The translations under genes and the position numbers were made by a program. 57,493 nt of DNA from Candidatus Omnitrophota bacterium (GTDB lineage Bacteria; Omnitrophota; Gorgyraeia; Duberdicusellales; 4484-171): assembly GCA_021735445.1 (NCBI GenBank), contig JAIPHA010000006.1, positions 1-57,493 of the forward strand, read 5' to 3'. Below the pieces are notes generated by a model. It was not told the DNA's origin. It saw only the letters and a list, made by a program, of their open reading frames with translations, and did no database searches. Of the stretch, positions 35,314 to 45,604 are shown in pieces (position 1 is the first letter of the stretch; every line of letters starts with the position of its first letter).

Positions 35314-37956
35314 TTAAAACTTTTTCCGGTAATAAACTCTAAAAATATGTTGAGTATCCAGTGTTGGCACTCCTCCCCCAAATGGAGTATAAGTCGATTC
35401 CAAAATTCCGCCTGAATTCCCCACGCCATACTGGGCAATCAACTCACTAGTCTTTTCTAACCTAAACCTTACTTCAGAAAAAACTGTATGGTGAGTACGT
35501 TTTACCACTCGTGAATCTTCATTTAATTCAGATAAATCATTAGCTCTCGAATATACATACCTAAGATAAAAACTTATTTTATCAGTAGGAAGATAACTTG
35601 CAGAAATTCCGATATGGTTCATGTTCTCATCGATAATTTGAGCCCAGTTGTATTCATTGCGGGTATAATCCAGATAAATATTAACTTTGTCTGTGGGCCG
35701 GAAACCCAAACCTACTTTAAAAATATCAAAATAAGGATAGGGCGGCAGGGGAAAATACTGGTTGTTGTAAAGTTGATGAACTTCTTCCCAAAAAGTTTTT
35801 CCTTCACTGGTAACAGTAGTCCACCAGTCTACATTATTTAAAATACTCCGGGGAAAATTGTCATAAGCTAAAGTTACGTCATTGGAACGTTCCCAGGTAA
35901 AATTTAAATTAAGCCATTTAAAGAAATCATAATTAGCCCCCAAACCCACTGTTTTTAAAGAAGGGTCTTTGCCACCTTCGATTTCATCATTATTATAGTA
36001 GTCTCCGGTTTGAGGATCAAAAACAAAAGGATCAATGCCCTCGATTGTATCCGGCATTTTTTGGTAAATGCCTAAAAACTTTGCGGTAAGTTTATCAGTT
36101 AAATCGAATTGGCCTTCCAGCCTGGCCACGTTTTCGATAAATTTACCATCTACATCATGGACATTGCGGACATCAAACAATGCGTCTAATTTATCATTAA
36201 GAAGGTTTTCCCACTCAACCCGCAAGCTAATCACATCCCTACCGTAATCAATGCCGTCTCCGATTCTAAAAGGTTTAATATCATCCCAAGCCAATGAAGG
36301 TCCGTATAACCCTGCCCTCCGGTAAGACTGAAAAGGCTTACGGAAAGTAATATGCCTTGACCAATATTCATCATCTCTGGTCTGGCGGTAACTAGCTAGA
36401 GCGCTTTCAAAGCCTTGGTCCATATGGGTTAAAGACAATCTGAGTTTATAAAAAGATTCATCTTTGCGAGGGTTTACGCCAAAATAATTTTTTCTGAAAA
36501 CTTCCCCGGAAGAATTTACTAAACTAAGATGAAAAGCGTTGCCGCGTTTTTCGGTTTCATAGTCTGAAGTCCTGTCGGTTTCGGTATAAGAAGTAAGCCC
36601 TTCAAGCAAGAGTTCAGTATTAGCTCCAAGGCCGATGTTTGCGTCTAAGCCAAATACATTATTGGAGACGTCTAAAGACCTTTGATTGTAACCAAACTTT
36701 CCGCCATAGGTAAACCCTAAAACAATATTATCTAAATTCAGATATTTTGCCCGCAAAGCAGATGACCAAGTGTTGAAACTATCATAATCCTGCCATAACT
36801 CCTTCGGAGAAGCGACGGTAAAATCAATGTTTGTGCCTTCTAAACCATAATTAAGAGAAAAACCACGTAAAGCGGTAAGGCGGGTTCCGTAAGAATCCCG
36901 GGTATAATAGGCTAAAGCATCATCAAAGCTCCCCTTATGGTATCCGGCCGGCACCGCTCCGGAATTAAAGTTGCCCGGCTCCCAATTTACTATCCATTGA
37001 GATTCTTCCCAATAAGTCCTGTTTCCGGTAATTTTAAGCGGGTCATCCGAAATATAATCTTCCTTCTCTAAGGCAGCCGGAAAGACTTTAAGGCTGAAAG
37101 GATCACTGTTGTAACTAAAACTCAATTCCCTAAGCGGCCAAAAATCACGTTCGATTTCTAACCCGGGGATATTAAAAATATTGCCCCACATGCTGGTAAT
37201 AGTTACCGGATGAGTCTTGCCATCAACTACTTTTATCTCCGGTAAATTAAAAGAGTCTGCATTCAAGTTTGTATTTACCGATTGGTTTACAGTATAGCGG
37301 CTATTGGACCAGTACAAAAACTGCACATCTGCGCTGTCACCACCTACACCATCAACAGTTATTTTATTTGTTTTGCCAATAAAACTCCAAGGGCTAATAT
37401 CAAAATTGCTGTGAAAGCTCCATCCCTGCTTTTGGGGGTAATCCAGCTGAAACGACAACCGGCTAAAAACTGCCGGATCAAAGGTATTCTCCCGGCGGTT
37501 ATAAGCAGCATCATCGAGGATACGCCAATTTTCTTCATTTAAATCAGCATTGGCCCTTTTCCAAATAGCATCACCTGATTCAACGCCGAAACTTAACTGG
37601 TAGTCCCCTTTTAAAGAAATGTTAGTTTTTTTCTTCTTAGTTGTTTCAGAAGCGGTTGAAGAGGTAAAATTTTCCGCTTCTTCCTGGTAATTTGCTTCTT
37701 GGGAAACCAATTGCTGTTGCGAGTGTTGATCCAAGGTCCTTTTAACCGCCCTCTGGCGCAACTGCTTTAGGTATTTTTCTGCTTTTTTGTTTTCAGAATT
37801 AGCCTGGAGGGCCTTTTGAAATTCAATTTTTGCTTGCTGAAGCCGGCCTTGGCTCAAAAACTCTTCGCCAATTTCAACTAAATAACTATCTGCGGAAGCA
37901 GCAAAAACTAAAGGAAGGGCAAAAAAGATAATTAGAAAAAATATAGTTTTTTTCAT
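35314..37956 (-). CDS. Uncharacterised outer-membrane beta-barrel protein with N-terminal TPR-like helix pair
   Basis: Signal peptide, TPR-like IGEEFL..G...AKIEFQKAL, alternating amphipathic strands, aromatic/Asp-rich loops, C-terminal beta-signal FRVYYRKKF. Confidence 0.75.
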   Translation of the reverse strand: MKKTIFFLIIFFALPLVFAASADSYLVEIGEEFLSQGRLQQAKIEFQKALQANSENKKAEKYLKQLRQRAVKRTLDQHSQQQLVSQEANYQEEAENFTSSTASETTKKKKTNISLKGDYQLSFGVESGDAIWKRANADLNEENWRILDDAAYNRRENTFDPAVFSRLSFQLDYPQKQGWSFHSNFDISPWSFIGKTNKITVDGVGGDSADVQFLYWSNSRYTVNQSVNTNLNADSFNLPEIKVVDGKTHPVTITSMWGNIFNIPGLEIERDFWPLRELSFSYNSDPFSLKVFPAALEKEDYISDDPLKITGNRTYWEESQWIVNWEPGNFNSGAVPAGYHKGSFDDALAYYTRDSYGTRLTALRGFSLNYGLEGTNIDFTVASPKELWQDYDSFNTWSSALRAKYLNLDNIVLGFTYGGKFGYNQRSLDVSNNVFGLDANIGLGANTELLLEGLTSYTETDRTSDYETEKRGNAFHLSLVNSSGEVFRKNYFGVNPRKDESFYKLRLSLTHMDQGFESALASYRQTRDDEYWSRHITFRKPFQSYRRAGLYGPSLAWDDIKPFRIGDGIDYGRDVISLRVEWENLLNDKLDALFDVRNVHDVDGKFIENVARLEGQFDLTDKLTAKFLGIYQKMPDTIEGIDPFVFDPQTGDYYNNDEIEGGKDPSLKTVGLGANYDFFKWLNLNFTWERSNDVTLAYDNFPRSILNNVDWWTTVTSEGKTFWEEVHQLYNNQYFPLPPYPYFDIFKVGLGFRPTDKVNIYLDYTRNEYNWAQIIDENMNHIGISASYLPTDKISFYLRYVYSRANDLSELNEDSRVVKRTHHTVFSEVRFRLEKTSELIAQYGVGNSGGILESTYTPFGGGVPTLDTQHIFRVYYRKKF

Positions 37957-37992
37957 CGCTTATTATGTTACAAATATTAAATATACCTTATT

Positions 37993-38020
37993 ATTTTACC
38001 AAAAAAGAAAACGTTTACAA
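37993..38020 (-). promoter_or_regulatory. Promoter overlapped by a LacI-type operator
   Basis: Minus strand TTGTAA-16-TAAAAT with TG extension; near-palindrome TGTAAACGTTTTCT (38019-38006) with central AAACGTTT, typical of LacI-family sites. Confidence 0.65.
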
Positions 38021-38072
38021 TACCTAAATGACAGCTGTGGTTACGATTTCTTTCGCAAGGTTAGAGGTTTAA

Positions 38073-39014
38073 TTATTTATTAAATACTTTATTTCCATCT
38101 ACGTTCTTTGGCGGGCGTGATTTCCAGCGCCGGTGGACCCAACTCCAATGCCCCGGCCTTGCTTTTATCCAACCTTCGATGATTTTAGTAAATTCAGCCG
38201 CATTGATTAATATTGTTTCATTTTTATCCTTGCCTAAAACTAATTTTTTTTCAGGGCACAACTTTAAACAATGCTCTTTTTCTTTTAACCTATATATATA
38301 GGAAGGAACTAAAGCCGCTTTGGTCCGCAAAGACAAAATTATCGGCCCAGTTGGGGTTGCGGCTAATTTATCAAAAAACTTTACCCAGACTCCGCCGGTA
38401 CCGAAATTTTGATCCATCAGAATTATCACTATTTCATTTTTAGCTAAAGCGTTAATTATCCCGGCCACACAGGCTCTGCGCGGATAAACAGATATGCTTT
38501 TTACCCCGGCATCTGTCCTTAATTTATGAAAATGCGCTTCAGCGTATTTATCCCGCATCGGCCTGGCTACAAGATTTACCGGATAACCTTCGGCTGCCAA
38601 GCGCAAACTCATCAAAGGAAAATTTCCATAGTGAGCCGTAACCAGAATTACACCCCTGCCTTTAGCTAAAGCTTTATCCAGATAGTCTTTGCCGTCAATT
38701 TTTACAGGCTTATGAATTTTACCTACGTTATTAAGATAATAGATAAGTTCAAAACCGCCTTCAGCGATAAAGACAAAAAACTGCTTGGCAATTCTTTTTC
38801 TCTTGCTCAAAGAATAGCCGGGAAAAGCTATCGAAAGGCTATGTAAAGCAATTTTTCGATGACGTGACAAAACCAAATAGGCTAAAGCCCCTAAAATTTT
38901 ACCTAAGAAAAGGTTTACTTTAAGCGGTACTACTCCGGCCAAAAAAGTAAAAGTTTTGATAAAATACAGGCCGATTTTTCTTCTTAACAACTTCTTTTTT
39001 TCTTTTTTATTCAT
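38073..39014 (-). CDS. lpxL: Lipid A late acyltransferase (LpxL/HtrB family)
   Basis: GVILVTAHYGNF, LMDQ, V.FF..LA.T, W.WVHRRWK. Confidence 0.85.
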   Translation of the reverse strand: MNKKEKKKLLRRKIGLYFIKTFTFLAGVVPLKVNLFLGKILGALAYLVLSRHRKIALHSLSIAFPGYSLSKRKRIAKQFFVFIAEGGFELIYYLNNVGKIHKPVKIDGKDYLDKALAKGRGVILVTAHYGNFPLMSLRLAAEGYPVNLVARPMRDKYAEAHFHKLRTDAGVKSISVYPRRACVAGIINALAKNEIVIILMDQNFGTGGVWVKFFDKLAATPTGPIILSLRTKAALVPSYIYRLKEKEHCLKLCPEKKLVLGKDKNETILINAAEFTKIIEGWIKARPGHWSWVHRRWKSRPPKNVDGNKVFNK

Positions 39015-39037
39015 TAAGGCTAGATTATAGCAAAGGT

Positions 39038-40534
39038 TTATCTTAAATCAACCTTTTCGTTTAATCTTAAATTAAGCATATCTTTTAAAAATACAGCTAT
39101 TAATAAAAGGAAAGAAAATAAAACAAACCACCCTCTTCTTTTATTATAAAAACTTCTTTTATTATTAATTAAAACCTTAAAATCACCTTTGCCTCTGATA
39201 AATAAACTTTTTTTGTCTTTTTTTAACTTAGTTATATCCCCCTGAAAAGACACCCAACCGCTGATTCCGCTATTTGCCGACCTGATTATAGATATTCTGT
39301 TTTCCACCGCTCTTAGGGCCATAATCGACAAATGCTGGCTTGCTTCAGGCTCTCCCAAAAACCAACTGTCATCTGTGATATTTACCAAAAAATCTTTATT
39401 TTCCGCTGCCTCTGCCACATAATCAGGAAACAGATCTTCAAAACAGATAAGAACAGAAAAATCTTTGCCTTGATAAGAAAAACCTTTTTCTTGGCTACCG
39501 GGGGTAATATCCCCGATACTATTGAGCACTTTGATAAATTTTAAATATTTTCTAAAAGGGACATATTCACCAAAAGGAACTAATTTTATTTTATCATAGG
39601 CCTTAATCAAGCTCCCCTTTCTATTCAAGAACAAAGCAGAATTATAATATTTTTTTCCTTCTTTGGTTATCGCGCCGATAAGAATATCCCTTTTGCTGCT
39701 GCTTGTAAAATTGCTAATTAGTTGGGTATCCTCTTTATCTAAAAGGTAAGGCCAGGCTGCTTCGGGAAATATCACTAAATTATCTTGCGGAGCTTTTTTT
39801 GCCATAACTAATAAGTCATTTAAAACCTCATTTTTATCCTCCGGGCCCATAAGTTGTTTATCTAAAATATTAGGCTGTATTAAGGTAATATCTAATTTTT
39901 CTTTTAATTTGCTATTTTTGTTAAACCGGAAAAACGAGTAAGCTCCCAATACCGTAAATATTAGCAAAAGTGAAATCAGCTTTTTTAGAATTGTTGGCTT
40001 CTTTGCCTTTTTCTTATAAGAAATTATAATTTCCCAAATCAAAAAATTTACCAATACTATAACAAAACTAATTAATTTTGTACCGCCGATATCGGCAACT
40101 TGAATTAAATAAAGATTATTGAATTGAGAGTATCCTAAATTTGCCCAGCTAAATCCGCACCAGATAATTTCTTTTAAAAATTCAACCACAACCCAAGCGG
40201 CTGGAATAGCTAATTGGCGTAAGGGCCTCTTTATGAAAAAGGCGCCTAACAAATAAAAAATCAGGTAAAACAAAGATAAATAAACTATAAGCAGAACAAA
40301 TCCTAATATGGATACATAAGTTACCCAATATAGAGACAAGCCATAATAAACAAAGCCAAAAATAAAAAAAGAGATAAAACCTTTTAAGGAAGTTTTTTTC
40401 TGGAGTATAAAAAAAAGCGGGACTAAAGAAAACCAAACAAGGAAAGAAAATTTGGGAAAAAGGAAGGCCAGCCCAATTCCAACACCGCTGATAATTGATA
40501 AAAGAAAGCTAAGGCTTTTTATCTTCCGCAACAT
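39038..40534 (-). CDS. lnt: Apolipoprotein N-acyltransferase
   Basis: Multi-TM; FPEAA, YDK.KLVPFGEYVP, LICFEDLF, NITDDSWF, RAVEN. Confidence 0.95.
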   Translation of the reverse strand: MLRKIKSLSFLLSIISGVGIGLAFLFPKFSFLVWFSLVPLFFILQKKTSLKGFISFFIFGFVYYGLSLYWVTYVSILGFVLLIVYLSLFYLIFYLLGAFFIKRPLRQLAIPAAWVVVEFLKEIIWCGFSWANLGYSQFNNLYLIQVADIGGTKLISFVIVLVNFLIWEIIISYKKKAKKPTILKKLISLLLIFTVLGAYSFFRFNKNSKLKEKLDITLIQPNILDKQLMGPEDKNEVLNDLLVMAKKAPQDNLVIFPEAAWPYLLDKEDTQLISNFTSSSKRDILIGAITKEGKKYYNSALFLNRKGSLIKAYDKIKLVPFGEYVPFRKYLKFIKVLNSIGDITPGSQEKGFSYQGKDFSVLICFEDLFPDYVAEAAENKDFLVNITDDSWFLGEPEASQHLSIMALRAVENRISIIRSANSGISGWVSFQGDITKLKKDKKSLFIRGKGDFKVLINNKRSFYNKRRGWFVLFSFLLLIAVFLKDMLNLRLNEKVDLR

Positions 40535-43362
40535 TTTTTATATTTTTTGCCTGAACCACAAGGGCAAGGATCATTTCTGCCTACTTTTTCAGAGGCTACC
40601 TTGGGAGCGCTGGTTTTCTTTTTGACAGGTTCTTTTTTTCTTAAAGGCGAATATTTAGAATGGACAAAATTCTTTTGATCTTCTCTAAAAACTTCGCGTT
40701 TTTGTTCAGATTGGATTTTTGCCTTATAAATTAAATCTACAACCTTATCTTTAACTGAATCAATCATCTCTTGAAAAGCAAAAAAAGTTTCCTTTTGATA
40801 TTCCACCAAAGGATCGGCTTGGGCATGGCCACGAAGATGAATCCCTTCTTTTAGGTGGTCTAATACCAAAAGATGCTCTTTCCATTTCGAATCCAGCGCC
40901 CAAAGGCAAACCATCTTTTCCATTTGGCGGATCTCTTCGCCGGCTTGCTTTTCTTTTTCCCGATAAACTTCTTTTGCTTTTTCTTTTATAAAACCAATTG
41001 CAACCTCTTTGTCTAAAGCCCCTAACTTTTTGAAATCTAACTCAAAATTAAGCTTCGACTTAACCCATCCAGACAAACCTAATACATCTTTATCTTGATC
41101 GAAATAAAAAGGTACGCTTTTTTCGATCACCTCTTCGGTCATATCAAAAATCATCTCGCGGATGTTGCCGCTTTCTAAAATCTCTTTTCTTTGGTTGTAT
41201 ATCACTTCCCTTTGCTTGTTCATTATATCGTCATACTTTAGGAGTTGCTTTCTGATTTCAAAGTTATGCCCTTCAACCCGTTTCTGGGCAACCGCAAGAG
41301 ACCTGGTAATCATTCCGTGTTCAATCGGCTGGTCTTCGGGAAAACCCAAAGTATTCATTAATCCATAGATACGTTCAGAACCAAAAAGGCGCATTAGGTC
41401 ATCCTCTAAAGAAACATAAAACCGGGAAGACCCCGGGTCGCCCTGGCGTCCGGCCCGGCCACGCAGCTGATTATCGATTCGACGCGCTTCATGGCGTTGA
41501 GAACCAATTATATGAAGGCCGCCGGCTTCTACCACTTTTTGGTGTTCTTTTTGAAATTCATCCTTATACCGTTGGAAAAGTTCCTGATATTTACTTTCAT
41601 AATTTTCATCTTCCGGCATAACTTTATTGCGCCTTAATATATTTTTTATGAAATAGTCAAGATTACCTCCTAAAACAATATCAGTTCCTCTGCCTGCCAT
41701 ATTAGTAGCAATGGTTACAGCTCCCACTTTACCGGCCTGGGATATAATATAAGCTTCTTTTTCGTGGTATTTAGCATTCAGTATATTATGGGGTATCCCC
41801 TTTTTAGATAATAAAAAAGAAAGTGTTTCTGAATCTTCTATAGAAGTAGTCCCGACAAGCACCGGCCTTTTTTTGGCATTGCATTCGCCGATTTCTTCGA
41901 TAACCGAATTAAACTTTGCTTTTTTTGTTTTATATATCCTATCGGAATAACTGCTTCTAATTAAAGGTTTATTGGTGGGGATAACGTCTACATCTAATTT
42001 GTAGATATGGTTAAATTCTTTAGCTTCGGTATAAGCGGTTCCGGTCATTCCGGCTAATTTATCATACATTCGAAAATAATTCTGCAAGGTAACCGTTGCA
42101 AGCGTCTGGCTCTCCTGCTGGATATTTAAACCTTCTTTTGCCTCAACCGCTTGATGCAAACCGTCAGACCAACGGCGGCCGGGCATAAGGCGGCCGGTGA
42201 ACTCATCTACAATCATAACTTTACCGTCTTTTATTATATACTCTTTTTCTTTTTGAAATAAACGATGGGCCCGCAGGCTTTGATTAATATAATGCATCCA
42301 GGGGTTAGATTGTGAATCAGGGGCTTCATCGTTAATGCTGCCTACTCCTAAAAAACGCTCGCACTTTTTTTCTCCTGCCGGAGTAAGAAAAGTATTGCCT
42401 GTTTTTTCTTCGATTATAGCATCAAAGTTTTTCTCTAACTCCTCCGGAGTAGTTTTAGTCTCTGTGCCGTCTTTATTTTTTATCGTGGTAGTTTCATCTT
42501 TATTCTCAAAGCTTTGGATAATCTCTTTTTTCCTAAGCTGCCTAACCGCTTTATCGGCTAAGTAATATTTTTTGACAAAAGTATCGGCTGGCCCGGAAAT
42601 AATTAAAGGAGTCCTTGCTTCGTCTATTAAAATAGAATCAACTTCATCTACGATCGAATAAAAATGGCCCCTTTGCACCATATCGTCTAAATTATTAACC
42701 ATATTATCCCTTAAATAATCAAAGCCAAATTCATTATTGGTTCCATAAGTAATATCAGAGCCGTATGCGTCTTTTTTTTCCTGCTTGCCCATATCGCTTT
42801 GGATAACCCCGACGCTTAAGCCTAAATACCTATAAATTGGCCCCATCCAATCAGAATCTCTTTTAGCTAAATAATCGTTAACTGTAACAATATGGACGCC
42901 TTCACCCACCAAAGCATTCAAAGAAGCGGCTAAAGTAGCAACTAAGGTCTTTCCTTCTCCGGTAACCATTTCAGCTATCTTATTTCTATGCAGCACAACT
43001 CCCCCTAAAACCTGTACATCAAAATGGCGCATAGCTACGGTTCTTTTAGCGGCTTCCCTAACTAAAGCAAAATAAAAAGGCAATATTTGGCTAAGAAGGT
43101 CTTCTCTTTCTTTAGGCGTGGCTTTATCACTCAATCCGTCTTTTATCTTATTCCTAAACTCTTCTGTCTTTTCCTTGAAATAAGAAGCTGGCTTATCAAC
43201 CAGCTCAGATTCAAAAGAATTTACCTTACTGACAATCGGAGCAAGATTGGCGATTTCTCTCACCGAAGGTGTGGGCAACTCTTTGTTAAGCAAAATGCTT
43301 ACTTTCGGGTCTAAGCTGTTAATTTTTTTCTGCGCTTTTCTAAAAATAAAACCTTTAAACAT
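40519..43362 (-). CDS. secA: Preprotein translocase ATPase SecA
   Basis: GEGKTL, VTVNDYLA.RD, DEVDSILIDEARTPLIISG, RIDNQLRGRAGRQGDPG, SEC-C GRNDPCPCGSGKKYKKCC. Confidence 0.98.
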   Translation of the reverse strand: MFKGFIFRKAQKKINSLDPKVSILLNKELPTPSVREIANLAPIVSKVNSFESELVDKPASYFKEKTEEFRNKIKDGLSDKATPKEREDLLSQILPFYFALVREAAKRTVAMRHFDVQVLGGVVLHRNKIAEMVTGEGKTLVATLAASLNALVGEGVHIVTVNDYLAKRDSDWMGPIYRYLGLSVGVIQSDMGKQEKKDAYGSDITYGTNNEFGFDYLRDNMVNNLDDMVQRGHFYSIVDEVDSILIDEARTPLIISGPADTFVKKYYLADKAVRQLRKKEIIQSFENKDETTTIKNKDGTETKTTPEELEKNFDAIIEEKTGNTFLTPAGEKKCERFLGVGSINDEAPDSQSNPWMHYINQSLRAHRLFQKEKEYIIKDGKVMIVDEFTGRLMPGRRWSDGLHQAVEAKEGLNIQQESQTLATVTLQNYFRMYDKLAGMTGTAYTEAKEFNHIYKLDVDVIPTNKPLIRSSYSDRIYKTKKAKFNSVIEEIGECNAKKRPVLVGTTSIEDSETLSFLLSKKGIPHNILNAKYHEKEAYIISQAGKVGAVTIATNMAGRGTDIVLGGNLDYFIKNILRRNKVMPEDENYESKYQELFQRYKDEFQKEHQKVVEAGGLHIIGSQRHEARRIDNQLRGRAGRQGDPGSSRFYVSLEDDLMRLFGSERIYGLMNTLGFPEDQPIEHGMITRSLAVAQKRVEGHNFEIRKQLLKYDDIMNKQREVIYNQRKEILESGNIREMIFDMTEEVIEKSVPFYFDQDKDVLGLSGWVKSKLNFELDFKKLGALDKEVAIGFIKEKAKEVYREKEKQAGEEIRQMEKMVCLWALDSKWKEHLLVLDHLKEGIHLRGHAQADPLVEYQKETFFAFQEMIDSVKDKVVDLIYKAKIQSEQKREVFREDQKNFVHSKYSPLRKKEPVKKKTSAPKVASEKVGRNDPCPCGSGKKYKKCCGR

Positions 43363-43400
43363 AATTTCTCCAATTTAATTAAATTTTAATCTGTAATATT

Positions 43401-44486
43401 TTATTTTTGGCTTTTAGCCTTTAGGTATCCCCAAATAAAATCATCGATTCCTCCATCTAATACAGCTTCGGCATTATGATTTTCGACACCGGTTCGATGG
43501 TCTTTTACTAAAAGGTAAGGATGGAGGATATAAGACCTGACTTGTGAACCCCATTCTATCTTTTGCTTTTTCCCCTTCATTTTTTTAAGTTCATCTTGTT
43601 TTTCTTCTTCTTTTAATTCATATAGCTTGGCTTTCAAAACTTTAAAAGCAGCGTGCTTATTTTGATGCTGAGACCGTTCGTTTTGGCAGCTAACCACGAT
43701 ACCGGAAGGAATATGCGTTACCCTTACGGCAGAATCGGTAACATTAACGTGTTGGCCGCCTGCCCCCGAAGCCCGGTAGGTATCTACCCTTACCTCTTGC
43801 GGTTTAATTTCAATGTCTATATCCTCTTCTATTTCCGGAATAACATCAACCGAAGCAAATGAAGTATGGCGGCGCCGGCTGGAATCAAAAGGAGAAATCC
43901 TCACTAACCGGTGTACGCCTCTTTCCGACTTTAACAATCCATAAACGCGAATACCTTCGATAAAAAAAGTTATATTTTTTATTCCCGCTTCATCCCCCTG
44001 CACCTGATTGACTACTTTTGTCTTAAACTCTTTTTCTTCCGCCCAACGAATATACATCCTAAACAACATTAAAGCCCAATCACAAGCTTCAGTCCCCCCG
44101 GCTCCCGAATTAATTTCGATTATTGCATTGGCCTTATCGAATTCAGATGAAAAAAGGGTTTTAAGCTCCAATGACTTGTATTTTTTTTCTATTTTGCTTA
44201 CTTCCCGGCGGATTTCTTTTTCCAAAGAATCATCATCCATATTAATGAATTCGGCTAATTCCGTTAATTTATTATCAAGATAATCCCAATCGCCTACGTC
44301 ATTTTTGAGTTGTTTTAATTCCTTAAGGACTTTAGTTGAAGAACTATTATTTTGCCAAAAGTCCGATTTCGATATTTTAGCTTCCAGCTTTTCTATATGT
44401 TCTTTCTTTTGCTTTATTTTCAATATTTTTTTTAAATCCGCGGTCTGTTTTTTTAACCCTAAAATCTTAGTTTTTAAGCCTTCCAT
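43401..44486 (-). CDS. prfB: Peptide chain release factor 2 (uninterrupted ORF)
   Basis: GAGGTEA.DW, GVHRLVRISPF (SPF), GAGGQHVN, WGSQVRSY. Confidence 0.97.
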   Translation of the reverse strand: MEGLKTKILGLKKQTADLKKILKIKQKKEHIEKLEAKISKSDFWQNNSSSTKVLKELKQLKNDVGDWDYLDNKLTELAEFINMDDDSLEKEIRREVSKIEKKYKSLELKTLFSSEFDKANAIIEINSGAGGTEACDWALMLFRMYIRWAEEKEFKTKVVNQVQGDEAGIKNITFFIEGIRVYGLLKSERGVHRLVRISPFDSSRRRHTSFASVDVIPEIEEDIDIEIKPQEVRVDTYRASGAGGQHVNVTDSAVRVTHIPSGIVVSCQNERSQHQNKHAAFKVLKAKLYELKEEEKQDELKKMKGKKQKIEWGSQVRSYILHPYLLVKDHRTGVENHNAEAVLDGGIDDFIWGYLKAKSQK

Positions 44487-44513
44487 ATAAATACTGTATT
44501 TTTTAATTTCGAG

Positions 44514-45581
44514 TTAGATAAGATTTTTGTTCCGCAGTTCTATCTCTAAATCTTCCTTTTTCCCGGAATATTCGAGAGCCACTTGATGAGTGATCTTTTT
44601 TGATTCAACTAATTCAAGCAGTGACTGATTAAAGGTTTTCATCCCATAAACATCCCCTGAAGCTATATATTTGGGGATTTCCCAAAAATTGCCTTCCCTT
44701 ATCAGCCGCGATATTGTCGGGCTCAACAACATTGATTCATAAGCAGGAATAAGCCCGCCCGCCTGTTTAGGAAGCAGCCTTTGAGAAACTACACCTTTAA
44801 GCAGCATCGAAAGCTGGCTTATGATTAATTTATGCTGGTGGGGAGGGAAAAAATTAACAACTCTTTGTATAGTCGATGCCGCATCTATAGTGTGAATCGT
44901 GGAAAATACCAAAACTCCGGTTTCGGCCGCGGTTAAAGCGGCGTGGCAGGTTTCAGCATCTCTGATGTTTCCGATAAATATCACATCCGGCGAATGAAGA
45001 GCAAATTGTTTCAAAGCTTCTTTGTAATTTCTCACATCTTTGCCGATTCCCCTTTGGTTTATGATCGATAACTTGTCTTTAAAAATAAACTCTATCGGTT
45101 CTTCTATAGTCAAAATATGGTAACCTAAATTTTTATTTATATATTCTAACATTGCGGCAATTGTGGTTGATTTGCCAGAGCCGGTTGTCCCGGTTAAAAG
45201 CACCAACCCCCGGCGCTGGTTTACTAAATCAGTCAACACCTTATCCGGCAAACCTAATTCCTGAAAAGACCTGATTCTTAAATCAATTTTGCGGATTACA
45301 ATCGCCGGGGTGTTCCTTTGGAAAAAAATACTAATTCTAAAACGCCAATACTCCTTATACCAAAAAGTAAATTCACAATTTTTTTTATTCTTCAAATCCT
45401 CTTTTGCCTGCATATCCGGTATTTTTTTTATTAAGCTATTTAGCTCCTCTGCCCCTATTTTATTTTCGCTGATAGTTTTTACCTTGCTGTCTATCCTCGC
45501 TTTTAAAGGGCTGCCTACGCGCACAAATAAATCAGAAGAATCTTTGTCGATCATTATTTTAAAAATATCGTCTATATCCAT
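44514..45581 (-). CDS. Type IV pilus retraction ATPase, PilT/PilU family
   Basis: SDL, GTTGSGKSTT, HILTIEEPIEF, AAETG.LVFST.HT, SQRL, GM.TFNQSL. Confidence 0.9.
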   Translation of the reverse strand: MDIDDIFKIMIDKDSSDLFVRVGSPLKARIDSKVKTISENKIGAEELNSLIKKIPDMQAKEDLKNKKNCEFTFWYKEYWRFRISIFFQRNTPAIVIRKIDLRIRSFQELGLPDKVLTDLVNQRRGLVLLTGTTGSGKSTTIAAMLEYINKNLGYHILTIEEPIEFIFKDKLSIINQRGIGKDVRNYKEALKQFALHSPDVIFIGNIRDAETCHAALTAAETGVLVFSTIHTIDAASTIQRVVNFFPPHQHKLIISQLSMLLKGVVSQRLLPKQAGGLIPAYESMLLSPTISRLIREGNFWEIPKYIASGDVYGMKTFNQSLLELVESKKITHQVALEYSGKKEDLEIELRNKNLI

Positions 45582-45604
45582 AATTGCCTTACTCCTTGCA
45601 TTTT

